From positions 192,001 through 256,000 of the forward strand of contig CAVPXM010000021.1 in assembly GCA_963709405.1 (NCBI GenBank): a stretch of 64,000 bases of DNA, written 5' to 3'. The translations under genes were made by a program, and so were the position numbers. This document shows, in pieces, positions 30,907-42,242 of this stretch (position 1 is the stretch's first letter; each line of letters starts with the position of its first letter). The DNA is from an uncultured Nitrososphaerales archaeon (lineage in GTDB: Archaea; Thermoproteota; Nitrososphaeria; Nitrososphaerales; Nitrososphaeraceae). The notes under the pieces were generated by a model, which was not told where the DNA came from, did not search any database, and worked only from the letters and a program-made list of their open reading frames with translations.

Positions 30907-32612
30907 CTGTGTTACTAATTTATCATTTCATAAAAAGTATTTAATGAAGAAGAAGATAGTGCAATGCAGTGCAACAACAACTTATCCAAATCAATCTTTC
31001 GCTGCTTTCAAAAAGTAGTTGTTAAACATGGGAGAAAACTGGCGAGGCTGCTAAAAATACATCGTATATAAAGATACGTAATCAGTTGCTATTGATCCTA
31101 CCGTGCCAGCTTCTGGGAAGACAACAATTATAGTTGGTTTATTTAATTTAATATGAGAATTACTTATTCGCTTATCATACCAAATTTCTCTTTCTGTTGG
31201 CCAATTAAGGGCCCATTTCCTAAATTCTCTCTTATGATTTATTTCATTTCAGCTCCCTCAGTTACTTTCTTTTAATAAAGCAATATTTCTATACAGGAGC
31301 CTTCAGATCCCTCATGGTCTTTAACATCCAAAGGAAAAATATTGCTAGCTAAATTTTAAACCAAGCCATTCCAGCGTAATACGAATATATTGAAAATTTT
31401 ACAATGATTAACCAACTATTCCGAGTAAAATGCAGATTTGGCATTTATTTGTCCAGTTTTAGCCAGATACATCTAATATTTTTATAATAATTATAATAGT
31501 GTGTTAGTAATACTCGTCATAACGACTTTTGTTGGGGAAGGAAATGGGGAGAGAAACTATTGACACACCAGTCATCTTGGTCTCTGAGTTGATTGAGACC
31601 GGCTATATAAGTCAGTAACTCGTAATTCAGAATATAACTATGCTGCTACAATTAGGGGCCGACCGAAGGTAGTTTAGATCCAATATTTTCGGATAATTTC
31701 TCAATCATAATTACATGGAAGATGCCGCGGTTTGGGGTACGATGCAGACGTTGGCAAAGATAGGAGCAGTTCACGAGTTGATAAAGAATTATTTTCTAGC
31801 AAAGAAATTATGCAAATCATGAGTGATAGAAAGATGGCGTTTAATGATATTTTCGTTAAACCATAAAACGAAATTATGGAAACATCTATGGAGTAATTGC
31901 ATTGCCATATGACATAGCTTTCTATAAAGCCCACTATGTATGCAGGAAGCAAGTGACAAAGTTTATCCGGTGTGAGCAATCTAAATTGTAACCTATCTAA
32001 GTATCTGAAAGTTCTTGGAATATATGACCCGAGACTAAAGATTCAATCGTACTATTACGATGCGGGTCCAGTTTATTTTCGACTTAAGATACATATACAA
32101 TCAAAAAATTCCTATATAATTGTCTCTAATGCAGACCATCCGCTCCTCAAAGCTGATCCTAAATTTGACTTAGTACGAACCATTGCCCAAATAGTAAAAT
32201 GAGTTATACAGTCTATCTATAAAAAATGCCTGCAAACGCTTATTTCATTGATATATAGTCATATACCTATATAGTCATATATCTATTGCAAAGTCCCAAG
32301 GCGACAAAAGCTTTCAATCAAAATCGATAATATATTTTTGTACAATTTATCATCAGATTATGCAACAAACGATTAATCTCTATAAAACCTGATGTTCCTA
32401 AATATCGATGAAAGCTATTAACACCTTAAGTTATTGTTTTGGTGACCTTCAGAAACGCCATTTGACTTCATGTATTCACAGAATCGGCTCAAAGGGAGGT
32501 GTATGTATAATTATTACATAAACTGTCAATAAACATATAAAAAATATAATATAACAATTATTTTTTATAGCAGTAACCTTATTTAGGCGTATTATATTAT
32601 AAGAATTATATT

Positions 32613-32945
32613 ATGAAGAGAATAGAAGTAATAATTTCACCTCCTTCTATGTCACAAGCTATTGGTGCTTTACAATCACTAGGGCTACATTTTACACATT
32701 ATGATACAAAAGGTCGAGGCAAAGCTCCAACACTCGCAGTAGAATTTGATAGAGGAACTAGTACAATGATGGAAGAATATAATACAAATGTTACAATTAT
32801 GACGGTAGTGGCGGATTTAATGGTAGATAGAGTTATCGAAAAGATCCTTAACAACATAGGAGACAATGAAGGAAAAATTTTTGTATATGAGGTTAAGGAA
32901 GCGATAGATATAAAATCTAAAAAACGTGGTGAATCTGCACTTTAG
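32613..32945 (+). CDS. P-II family protein (divergent)
   Basis: MKRIEVII, KGRGK, GKIFVYEVKEAIDI, GESAL. Confidence 0.85.
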   Translation: MKRIEVIISPPSMSQAIGALQSLGLHFTHYDTKGRGKAPTLAVEFDRGTSTMMEEYNTNVTIMTVVADLMVDRVIEKILNNIGDNEGKIFVYEVKEAIDIKSKKRGESAL

Positions 32946-33310
32946 TTTGTAATCTGATAAGATTGTCCAAATTTTCAGCTGACCTGTTGTTTTAAAGCTA
33001 CTCATTCTATTTTCTTTCTTCCTCCTTATCTATAACTCACGTTCTTATTCTCTTTTATATGCATAGTCTTCAAGTCCTTCTTTGTTACTGCCTGTTAGGC
33101 AGACCCTGTAAAAGTGCTGCCGACTGGTGATATACATAACAAAGAAATTGTTGAGAAAGGAGCAGTTAACTAGTTGAGACTGGGGCATAATTCCCTGTTC
33201 ATAGTTTGCCAATTTCCATAGATGATTTTGTTTAAAGCTAGCCTCAGGGTGTCAGATGTTTTGGTGACAAACGATCAAATCCACCCAAAGAAGACTAGCT
33301 GCAACAATAA

Positions 33311-34205
33311 ATGAATAAATGCTTCAGAATCCATCTTAATTAGCATTCTGTATTTCATAGGGTTGATACCTTAGCCAGAGTATCAGAGGAAAAAGAAGAA
33401 AAGAGGTAGGCCTTATGTCTACCCTCCAACCATGATGTTGAGATGTTTTGTAGTCAGGATATGGCTGAGATTGGATTCTAACAGAGTGATGCATGATTTC
33501 CTTGCTACGGATTGTTATCCTTACAATAGAAAGATAATGAAAGCATGTGGATTAACCAGTCTTCCTGACAGAAGGACATTTGACAGAAGGCTAGCGAAGA
33601 TATTTGTTGACATCAAAGAAAGGATAGCTGCTATCGCAGTGTTATTTGTCAAGGAAAAATTCGTTGATCCTTACATTGTTGCAATAGATAGTACATTGCT
33701 CAGAGCCATAGGACATCTCTGGCACAAATCATCTATGATCGAAGGAGTAGTAACTCGTTCAGGTATTGATACAGATCCTAGATGGGGATTTAGTCATACT
33801 GAACTATGGATATTTGGTTATAAACTCCACATAACAGCAAGTACTGATTCTCTTATAATACCTCTATCAGCAGATTTTACACAGGCTGATGTACAAGATA
33901 ATCAAATATATCCTACAATAACATGCTCTTCCTCGCTTCCCCAAGGAGTACGTTACATGGCTGCTGATTCTGGAAATGATGACCATAAGCTGCATAATTT
34001 GAGCATAGACAGAGGATTTGAGCTGGTATGTCCAGTATCAGAAATATACAACAATACTTCAAGTGACAGACTACAATTGATAGAATTCTATGAATCCAAA
34101 ACAGGACAGCCAATATACTCATGGAGAAGCATATCGGTAGAACAATTGAAAGAACACATCAAAGACGTTCTCAAGATAGATTCTTTGCCAATAAGAGGAT
34201 ATTAG
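33311..34205 (+). mobile_element. DDE transposase (DDE_Tnp_1-like), degenerate
   Basis: RGRPYVYPP, PDRRTFDRR, AIDST, WIFGYKLH, AADSG, RISVEQ; premature stops at both ends. Confidence 0.8.
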
Positions 34206-34395
34206 AAAGCCAACAGGTTTCCCAAGCCGGAAGGTAAAGCTTTCAAGAATAATAAAATGCTAAACTTTCATTGAATTATTATTGATGATGACTGCAAATA
34301 AATTTAATGACATAAGATCCAAATTTAGATAAAGTAGTAGCCAGTTATTTATATCATGAAAATGTTAATGACAGACTCATATCAACGGTAATCAT

Positions 34396-35166
34396 ATGTC
34401 CAGTAAATTACTTGAAGAAATGAACGCGAGACAAGTTAGAAAAGATCTGAACAAAAATACAATCGCCATACTTGTGTTTGGTGCGTGTGAGAATCATGGA
34501 GATCACATGCCGTTTGGCTCGGACTTTATTTTTCCTATGGAACTAGCAAAAAGAATTGCAGCAAAATCCAAAAAAAAGAATATCATTATTCTTCCGGCTG
34601 TTCCATACGGAGTGAGCCTACATCATAATGAATTTCAAATGACAATGAGTCTGGATTCTAATACTCTTGAAAAGATAATTGAAGATCTCTTGAACAGTAT
34701 CATTAAGAATGGGATAAGGAGAATCCTCATAATAAATGGACACGATGGAAATATTGCGCCGATTGAGTCAGCTGCAAGAGCCACAAAGAATAGGTATGCT
34801 GAGGTAGTCATAGCCTGTTTGGAAGCTTGGTGGGTTTTAGTTGGAGAAATTACTACTGGTCTATTCGAGGTATGGCATGGTCTTGGCCATGGAGGAGAGG
34901 CCGAGACATCTGCAATGCTAGCGGTGAGGCCAGACTTGGTGAAAATGAAGCATGCACCTATAGAAGTTGTCCCCAAATTTCCAAGCGACAGAGTAAGGAT
35001 ATATTGGAAATTCGATGAGCTGACAAGCACCGGCGCAACCGGAGCTCCACAGAAAGCAACTGTTCAAAAGGGAATTCAAGCATTAAAGGCCCTTGAAGAT
35101 ACTTTGCTTTCATTCATAAATAATATGGATAGAACTGGTTGGAGATACGGATTATCATTGAAATAG
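34396..35166 (+). CDS. Creatininase-family amidohydrolase
   Basis: GACENHGDHMPFGSD, YGVSLHH, INGHDGN, HGGEAETS, TGATGAP. Confidence 0.88.
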   Translation: MSSKLLEEMNARQVRKDLNKNTIAILVFGACENHGDHMPFGSDFIFPMELAKRIAAKSKKKNIIILPAVPYGVSLHHNEFQMTMSLDSNTLEKIIEDLLNSIIKNGIRRILIINGHDGNIAPIESAARATKNRYAEVVIACLEAWWVLVGEITTGLFEVWHGLGHGGEAETSAMLAVRPDLVKMKHAPIEVVPKFPSDRVRIYWKFDELTSTGATGAPQKATVQKGIQALKALEDTLLSFINNMDRTGWRYGLSLK

Positions 35167-35616
35167 GGTTTCAGGAGTTATAGTACAACAATGATGATGA
35201 GTGGAAATAAATTAATCGTGATACAGGCTTGCTTCTAAACCAAATTCGTACAAACTAAAGGGGATTTGACTAATGTGTGCATGTATCAACTTAGACCATT
35301 TAGCTCCACCAGGGCATCACCATTATGTTAGCTTGATATGTCCTGGGGTCGACGCTTGATATAGTATTGGCCTTCTTTCTACTAAATCATTCAGTTTCAA
35401 AATATGTAATCAGCATATCGCGATGGCTGTTGCAAATCAATGCCTTATTCAGTTTTAACTTATATACGATACTGATCATAATATTGTGTTGACGCTTTAC
35501 AGTTCAAACTCGACCATGTCGACTATATACAAACCAAGATCAGTTACCAAATTTAGATCCGTAAAATAATGCTTATCATCATAGGAGTATGATAACGCGT
35601 GCATATTTTCATTTAA

Positions 35617-36458
35617 TCAGGCAATATAGGATGTTCTCCTATGTTCATCTCTTACATTTTTCATTCTATTCTCAATTAGTTGTGCCTCGACCATTAAAGC
35701 TCCTATATCGCATGAAAGGTTTGGAATAATTTTGCTTACGGCTTCTGAGACCACAGCTGCCTGCGCGAAAGTCTGGCATATCTGGTAATGCATTGACAAG
35801 AAATACAATTACATCAAGATTCGTCAAAGCTCCTTCGTTTAACAAGATTGCTGGAATACCAGTTATGGTTCCACTACGTAAATGTGAAAAATAATTGCTA
35901 TGTTCCATAATTCGTCGTGCAGCTGATTCAGTACTTGTTGCTGCAAAACTATCAGTGGGAACAGGAGGAAGGGTACTGGTTTCAGAAACGACAGTATTTT
36001 CACTTTTACTCCTTCCATTGTTATAGCCTGAATCTTCTTTTTCCCCATCACTACCATGAGGAGGAGATGATGATGGAATACCTTGGGCACTAATGATTAA
36101 TTTACATTCATTTTCTCTAGTCCACTGAAGAATTACATTAGCTACCTCTCTTTGTAATGGCTTATCAATAGTAATATCGGAAACGAAGAATGCTACTTTC
36201 AGACTCTCATTTACATAGATTCTAATAGGATATTGAGGGACATAATTGGATATTACAGATATTGGTGGAAAATCTGGCGAGTCTAGAAAGGCTACAAGAC
36301 TCTGTTCCTGTTGAACGTATCAAGCATTCTGATGCAATGGCGTTAACGAGGCCGGTACTGCTTGGAAGGCCATCTAATACTATGCCTCCTTTGAGATCTA
36401 TCTCCTTATTATCGCCATCCTTTCTTTTCAATTTCTTGATCTCAATTGATGACGTCAA
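35617..36458 (-). CDS. PAC2-family (proteasome assembly chaperone-like) protein; two apparent +1 frameshifts
   Basis: VLDGLPSSTGLVNAIASECLI, DSPDFPPIS, YPIRIYVNE, GTITGIPAILLNEG, PDFRAAAVV, LMVEAQLIE; breaks near 36299 and 35760. Confidence 0.75.
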
Positions 36459-36734
36459 ATAAGATTACTTCTCTCTGTAGACATATAATTCGTTGTATCG
36501 AGATTGCATTAAGCATTAAAAATCTAATCTAATTTCTTGTCGTATCCTAATTAACTGAATATCGCTGTTTATAGACCGAAAAACCTAGCTGGGTTGAATG
36601 CCGATGTTAGTCTATAAGATAGCCCATTTTGCGTTTTCATGAATATTTCTTATAGATAATTGTTATACATCAAGATAGTCTAATTTATGTTCATAATCTT
36701 AGTATAATAAAATCTATTATACATTTATGTAGAA

Positions 36735-36999
36735 ATGAATCGAATTCATGTTATCTCAGGATTTGCAATAGCTGCAATAGCTCTGTTGCTAATAACGACA
36801 ACAATGTCTGATAAGCAATCCGCGTTCGCACATCGAAATCACAGCCATCATAATCATAATCATCATCATGGTGGCAGTGCAGCAGCCGCAGCCGCAGCTG
36901 GTGGCGCAGCCGCAGCTGCAGCAGCTAGCGAAGGTGCAGCAGCAGCCGCAGCAGGCAGCTGGTGGCGCAGCCGCAGCAGCAGCAGCAGGTGGCAGATGA
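36735..36999 (+). CDS. Small secreted His-rich, poly-Ala/Gly repeat protein
   Basis: Signal peptide ending in AFA, HRNHSHHNHNHHH, then GGS-A7-GG-A7-SEG-A8-GG-A7-GGR* after removing one G near 36954. Confidence 0.65.
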
Positions 37000-37088
37000 T
37001 GTTTGTTAGCAAGATTAGAGAATGGTATGGAAAGAACGCCCATAATCACATTTTTTCAAGAAAATCAATTATTATTTAAAAGAAAGAA

Positions 37089-37751
37089 GTGAGCAAGTCT
37101 AGTATGATGATTATGAAAAGAGAATCCCAATTTCTAGTCATTAGTTTACTTGTAGTTTTGACAGTGACAACATCTGCAATGTTATTATCTAATCAGTCAG
37201 CATTGCCCACGGTCACATCATCAATACCATTTTCACCCACTATCGTCCAAACTGCAAGAGCTGATGTGAATATTGATACTTCTGGAAATGGAAAAGCAGC
37301 TGCCTTTGATGGTAAAAATAGTATATCTTCAGATGGAAAGGGCTTTTGCAATACTGTTGACAATATTGCTGGAGGAAAGTTTGCACCTCTGTTCAGTGGA
37401 ATCGTTGATTGCAAATCTTCAAATAATTCGAAACAGTTTATTGTGGACTATTCAGTAATAAAAGACCCTGTAAAGGTCGGTGATACAACGTACATGACCG
37501 TAGCTGTTAGAGATAAGGATACAGGTCAGCCCATCTCTAATGTACTTGTTCTGTTGACTATAGAACCACCAAATTCCAACCCATCTATAGGCAAAACGAC
37601 GACTCAAACGGCATATACTGATAAAGATGGACATGCGACATTTACTGTACATATTGGACCTCGATCTAGCAGCGGAATTTATAATACTAATTTAGAAATC
37701 CGAAAAGACAATTACGATTCGAAGTTACAAAAAGCCTTCCAAGTAATATAG
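37089..37751 (+). CDS. Secreted or anchored protein with C-terminal Ig-like domain
   Basis: N-terminal hydrophobic segment; TVAVRDKDTGQPISNVLV...TDKDGHATFT...GIYNTNL pattern. Confidence 0.7.
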   Translation: MSKSSMMIMKRESQFLVISLLVVLTVTTSAMLLSNQSALPTVTSSIPFSPTIVQTARADVNIDTSGNGKAAAFDGKNSISSDGKGFCNTVDNIAGGKFAPLFSGIVDCKSSNNSKQFIVDYSVIKDPVKVGDTTYMTVAVRDKDTGQPISNVLVLLTIEPPNSNPSIGKTTTQTAYTDKDGHATFTVHIGPRSSSGIYNTNLEIRKDNYDSKLQKAFQVI

Positions 37752-38093
37752 ACAAATCCTCTAATTTATTTATTTGACTCAGCTTGTTAAGATTAGTGTA
37801 TTTAGCGAAAAAGATAAAGAGCATGATAAGAGCGGAATTCTAGAAAGACAAGTATATCATGAAATCCCACCATGGGTAGGATATAGATTAACAAATAAAG
37901 GACAGTAGTTGGTATAATCTATCTGTAAATATGGCTAATTATGCTCTACAATTTGTATCGGCGAATTCAAGACAGCAATACGTAATAAAATAACGAGCAG
38001 ATTAACTTTCAAGAAATCAAAACACGAAACAAGAATCACGACGGCTATGCCTAGAGGATGGTTTGTTGGATGTCTTTATAGAATCATCAATTA

Positions 38094-38306
38094 TCAATTA
38101 TCAACTATAAGCCTAGCAGCATTTGCTATGAATATGAGTTCAGAACCAATATGTATTATGGCTGCCAGTAAAGGATTAATTATACCCATAAAGGCCAGAA
38201 CAAATCCCAAACCATCAACAAATAACGTTCCAAAAAAGTTTTGTCGTATAACTGATAAAGATTGTCTAGACGTTCTCAGTATATAAGGTATCTTGTCTAG
38301 ATCTTC
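38094..38306 (-). pseudogene. C-terminal remnant of a heavy-metal P1B-type ATPase
   Basis: Manual translation EDLDKIPYILRTSRQSLSVIRQNFFG...INPLLAAIIHIGSELIFIANAARL; cut exactly at the IS6 end. Confidence 0.7.
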
Positions 38307-38967
38307 GGCTCTGTAAAGTTAAGGAAAAGCCATAGGTTTCTTTCTCGTTTTTTATATATGGTATACCAAGTAAGAAAAAATAGAACGGAACCTGAAGACA
38401 TAGTATATGCTTTGCATCTTTATTTTAATGGTCTTTCGTTAAGAAATACTTCTAAGGCCATATCCAAATTTGTTACAAGAAGCCATACTGCCATAAGAGA
38501 GTGGATTCAAAATTCAAAAGTATAATCCTAAGAGATTATTCTATAGGAAGACGAAGATATTCGAATTCATACTCGACGTAAGCCAAATCAAAGTTGGTTC
38601 TGAGTTAATTAATTTGGTTTTGGGTTGCCATAGAGCCTGAGTAAGGAGGTTCTAAGATTGAATATATCAAAAGAGAGAAATATGTCTGTGGCAGAGCGAT
38701 TTCTATCGAACGTTATAAAAGAATATGGAGAACATCCGATTTCTACCGATGGCGGTACTTGGTATCTATCCACAAGCCTGTCAATTCTTGAAACTAAATC
38801 ATCACATCCGTTCTTCATATGAGAAAAGTATCATAGAAAGGACGATACAGCACATAAAGGATAGAACGGAATGTTTTGATGACTATTTTCCATGTTGAAA
38901 GAAAAATTGCAAGTTGAAGCACGTACAAAAATGGTTAACAAGGAGAAAATATTAACTTTACAGAGCT
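38307..38967 (+). mobile_element. IS6-family element with degenerate transposase
   Basis: TIRs GGCTCTGTAAAGTTAA / TTAACTTTACAGAGC; RSHTAIREWIQ, STDGGTWY, IERTIQHIKDRTECFDDYFPC. Confidence 0.85.
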
Positions 38968-39077
38968 CTTTTTGATTAATGAACTCTTTTATACAAGAAT
39001 TACGCTAGGTCTTTAATGAGTAATAGAAGCGTCGACAAGACTGCTCTCTCGTTACTGCCGCCTTCCTGGTTACCGCG

Positions 39078-39521
39078 GTGTTGGTAGTCATTATAGTTAT
39101 CGCATCAACGAACGGTATGACTGACGAATTGGCGTTAGCACAGGGGGCACAAAAGAAATTTACTGCAGACCTTTCTGGCAAAAATGAGGTTCCGCCAGTT
39201 AATACTAAGGCGAGTGGGACCGCTCAATTTCAGCTGAGCGCGGATGGAAAGCAGTTGGATTATGAACTATCTACAAAGGACGTCAACAACTTTATGATGG
39301 CCCACATTCATCAAGGTAAAGCAGGTGAAAATGGACAGCCCGTAGCTATGTTATCCATTGGAAAGGCAAAGATAACATCAGGGGATCTTCAAGGACCATT
39401 GAATGGTAAACAATTATCAGATCTAGCCAAGCTTCTGGAGGACGGTAATGCATACGTAAATGTTCATACCCAACAGAATCAGAACGGAGAAATTCGTGGA
39501 CAGATAGCAGCTTCCGGTTAA
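39078..39521 (+). CDS. CHRD-domain protein, secreted
   Basis: LSGKNEVPPVNTKASGTA, AHIHQG, YVNVHT, GEIRGQI; the true start may be ATG 39016 across an indel. Confidence 0.88.
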   Translation: MLVVIIVIASTNGMTDELALAQGAQKKFTADLSGKNEVPPVNTKASGTAQFQLSADGKQLDYELSTKDVNNFMMAHIHQGKAGENGQPVAMLSIGKAKITSGDLQGPLNGKQLSDLAKLLEDGNAYVNVHTQQNQNGEIRGQIAASG

Positions 39522-39911
39522 CAACTGGACACGGTGCAGTCAAACCAAGGAACTAGCACTTTCAAATCAATTTTATCTTTGCAATCTACAATTAATAGAA
39601 AGCGATCTTGGTTAGACATGAGTATTGGAGCATATCAGATTGTTCCTGTCCTCGTGATCACAAGAATTCATTTAATGGCAGAAAAGAAAATTATAATATA
39701 TCAAAAAAGCTATTTGCATTGTGTTGTGTCGTAGAAAGCAATCTTTTAAATCCTGTAAACTTGCAAGAAAAATACGTCCAATCCTTAATTGTCTAATATT
39801 TTGAGGCTGCTTTTTAGTTCCATCGTTTTGTGCTATCGATCCTGGTTATTCATAGAAAGGATTCCTAGAAAGGACAAGTCTAAAAAAGTATACCACCCGG
39901 CGATCGAGAGC

Positions 39912-40634
39912 TCAACTCATACTCATTGACATATTCATATCTTTTCTGTTTTCATGCTCCTGTGATTGTAGTGTGGGCGTTACTAGAGTCTTTTCGATCT
40001 CCTCCAAGCCCATACCTTTTATTAGAGTCCCAAACATTTCATGAGTGCTTGCAAAGTGGTTCGTGGTTTTGACTGTGTCTATTATAAGGCCCAGCACATG
40101 CTGCTTTCCCATAAGATGGACAGTAACAGGAACTTGCTTGAACTTTAGAATACCATCAGAATTGACATTTCCAATACCTGTAATTATCATATCACCACCA
40201 CCGATTATCACATTGTTTGAGACGAAATTATTAATCGAATGCATATGAGATTCACTACCGTCAGGCTTTACCATAGTAAAGTTAGCTGAAAAGGCGGCTT
40301 TGGGAGATGGAGGAGCAACAGATGCATTTTTAGAGATCGGGCTATTAATGTCAGTGTTATTATATACAGCTAAATCCCATAAGCCTCCCTGTATCCAGGT
40401 CACCGAACCATTTTGAATTTGATTATTTGCAAAGTGGCCTGACGCTTGGATCACCTTATTTTGCTGTTCAGTCCTAACATTTTTAGTAATTAACTCGGTT
40501 ATTTTTGCTTTTGAGTTCAAAGCATAAACAAGTGGTAAATTAGTAATTTTAATGACACATACTACGGATATTAATGAAATAGCTAAGGAGGCGAAAAGTA
40601 AAGATGATGTAGGTATACTTCGGCTCTTGTTCAT
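39912..40634 (-). CDS. Secreted hypothetical protein
   Basis: Signal peptide; WIQGGLW, FSANFTMVKPDGSESHMHSI, NHFA; Met-rich tail. Confidence 0.7.
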   Translation of the reverse strand: MNKSRSIPTSSLLFASLAISLISVVCVIKITNLPLVYALNSKAKITELITKNVRTEQQNKVIQASGHFANNQIQNGSVTWIQGGLWDLAVYNNTDINSPISKNASVAPPSPKAAFSANFTMVKPDGSESHMHSINNFVSNNVIIGGGDMIITGIGNVNSDGILKFKQVPVTVHLMGKQHVLGLIIDTVKTTNHFASTHEMFGTLIKGMGLEEIEKTLVTPTLQSQEHENRKDMNMSMSMS

Positions 40635-41526
40635 GTTATTTCCTTTTTAAATGGTATATAATGTGATATGAAAACATATCCTACACTATGTGTTTATTTT
40701 CACATTTGGCTATATATTAGAGACGATATACATCCAATATTTAAGCCTCACATGGAGTCTAGAACAATGGTATAGAATATAAGCACGCGTTATATAATTT
40801 TCTCAAATTTGATAATTCTTCATATACTCTTCTGCGGCTTTTCATCTTAACCTGATATGGATCATATCACTATGGACTATTTCACAGAGCGTTTATTTTG
40901 TGACTAGCGGGAATATGAAAATATCTTAGCACTGAAAGTTAGTCATGTACTCTAACAATAATATAAGTCATCATTATTAATCCAAATTTATTGGTGAAGA
41001 TTTCCCTATTTTTTGTTATAATAACAAAAAAATGGCCTGGCAATATGATCATGCTAAAAATTCAGATCACCTGATTCTAAAAGACCTGCCGCCTGGTACA
41101 AAAATGTATGTAAAATCTGACTGGCCAGTCGATTTGCATCAGATATTTATTATTTTAATTGTTCAATTAACGGAAGATATCATGGATTCTATACTGAGGC
41201 ATGCGCGGCTATTTGGAGAAGCTAGAAACAAACTACGATCATCTTGACAATTTTGAGAAGGCAATCGAGGAAACGTATCCTCCATGATCGTATCTTTGGA
41301 AGCTCCGAAAATAATCAACTAAATGGTAACGCCTGGAGATGACACAATACAATGAAGATTCTCGATTCTGTTTTAACTGTGGTCAAAAAAGGTTTTGACA
41401 TATTCAATTCGTAGTGGAGCGACAAATGATATTTGGTCCGTTCCTCAGATAAATATAGTAGATAATTTAGTCAGTATCTTCACCTGATAAGAATAAGTAT
41501 ATTGTTATTACAAAATCTTCCATACT

Positions 41527-41787
41527 ATGAAACTTGACCGTAGAAAATATATAGTATCATTAAGCATCCCGCTAGAGGTTTTAACTCCACTTACTATACT
41601 ATATCCGTTGACCGGGCCGGTCTATGCTGCCTCTGCGCATACATCTGGATATAATCATGGTTGCTCTGATGCACAGATATCCATCCCTTCTGATAGATCA
41701 TCCTCTCTTCAATTGCTAGGCCCGAGATTATATCTCGACATCATAGGTAACGTCGAAATCTTTGACATGGCCGCATTGCAGGCTTAG
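41527..41787 (+). CDS. Secreted hypothetical protein, probably truncated
   Basis: Signal-like N-terminus ending in VYA, then SGYNHGCSDA. Confidence 0.35.
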   Translation: MKLDRRKYIVSLSIPLEVLTPLTILYPLTGPVYAASAHTSGYNHGCSDAQISIPSDRSSSLQLLGPRLYLDIIGNVEIFDMAALQA

Positions 41788-41920
41788 GGTTCTAAACTCT
41801 ACGTTATGCCTCTCAAAGCTGAATGCTATAGAATCAGAACAATTTTACATGACTTTATAAGATATTATTCATTCTTAGCTTTAGAGTGTCGATGCTGTCC
41901 ATTTTGTTACCTTAAATAAA

Positions 41921-42100
41921 ATGGATGGTTTTCATTTATACCAAGAAATGTAAAAGATAGACAACAAGGTCAGGGTATGCTTTTTAACAGCCAGCGAGAT
42001 CATATTATGAGTGATTCAGAAAGGAGAAGGATTTTGTGCATTAGACAAGGGTCTATTCATCCGAAAGCCAATTAGAAATGAAGATCTGATACAAAAATAA
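41921..42100 (+). pseudogene. Response-regulator receiver remnant
   Basis: MDGFHLYQEM*KIDNKVRVCFLTASE...FIRKPIRNEDL; resembles 62758-63189. Confidence 0.55.
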
Positions 42101-42242
42101 TACGATAATCAGATACGGTCAAGTAATAATATCTAGGCTATACGAAAAACAAACGATATCATAAAAATCCCTCTTTATTATTGCTATTAAGACATTTTTG
42201 ATTATTAAGCAATCGCATTTGATATGAAGTAGTTACAGATTG

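Noticed and set aside
30950-32400. Scattered short ORFs and a GGTCTC-N10-GAGACC hairpin (about 31579-31600)
   Set aside because: No coherent reading frame or family motif; likely decayed DNA.
36735-36999. RiPP precursor with double-glycine sites
   Set aside because: Has a Sec-type signal peptide, and no modifying enzymes or peptidase-transporter are nearby.
37820-37908. HxlR-like wHTH fragment (GILERQVYHEIPPWVGYRLTNKG)
   Set aside because: Too short and degraded to annotate with confidence.
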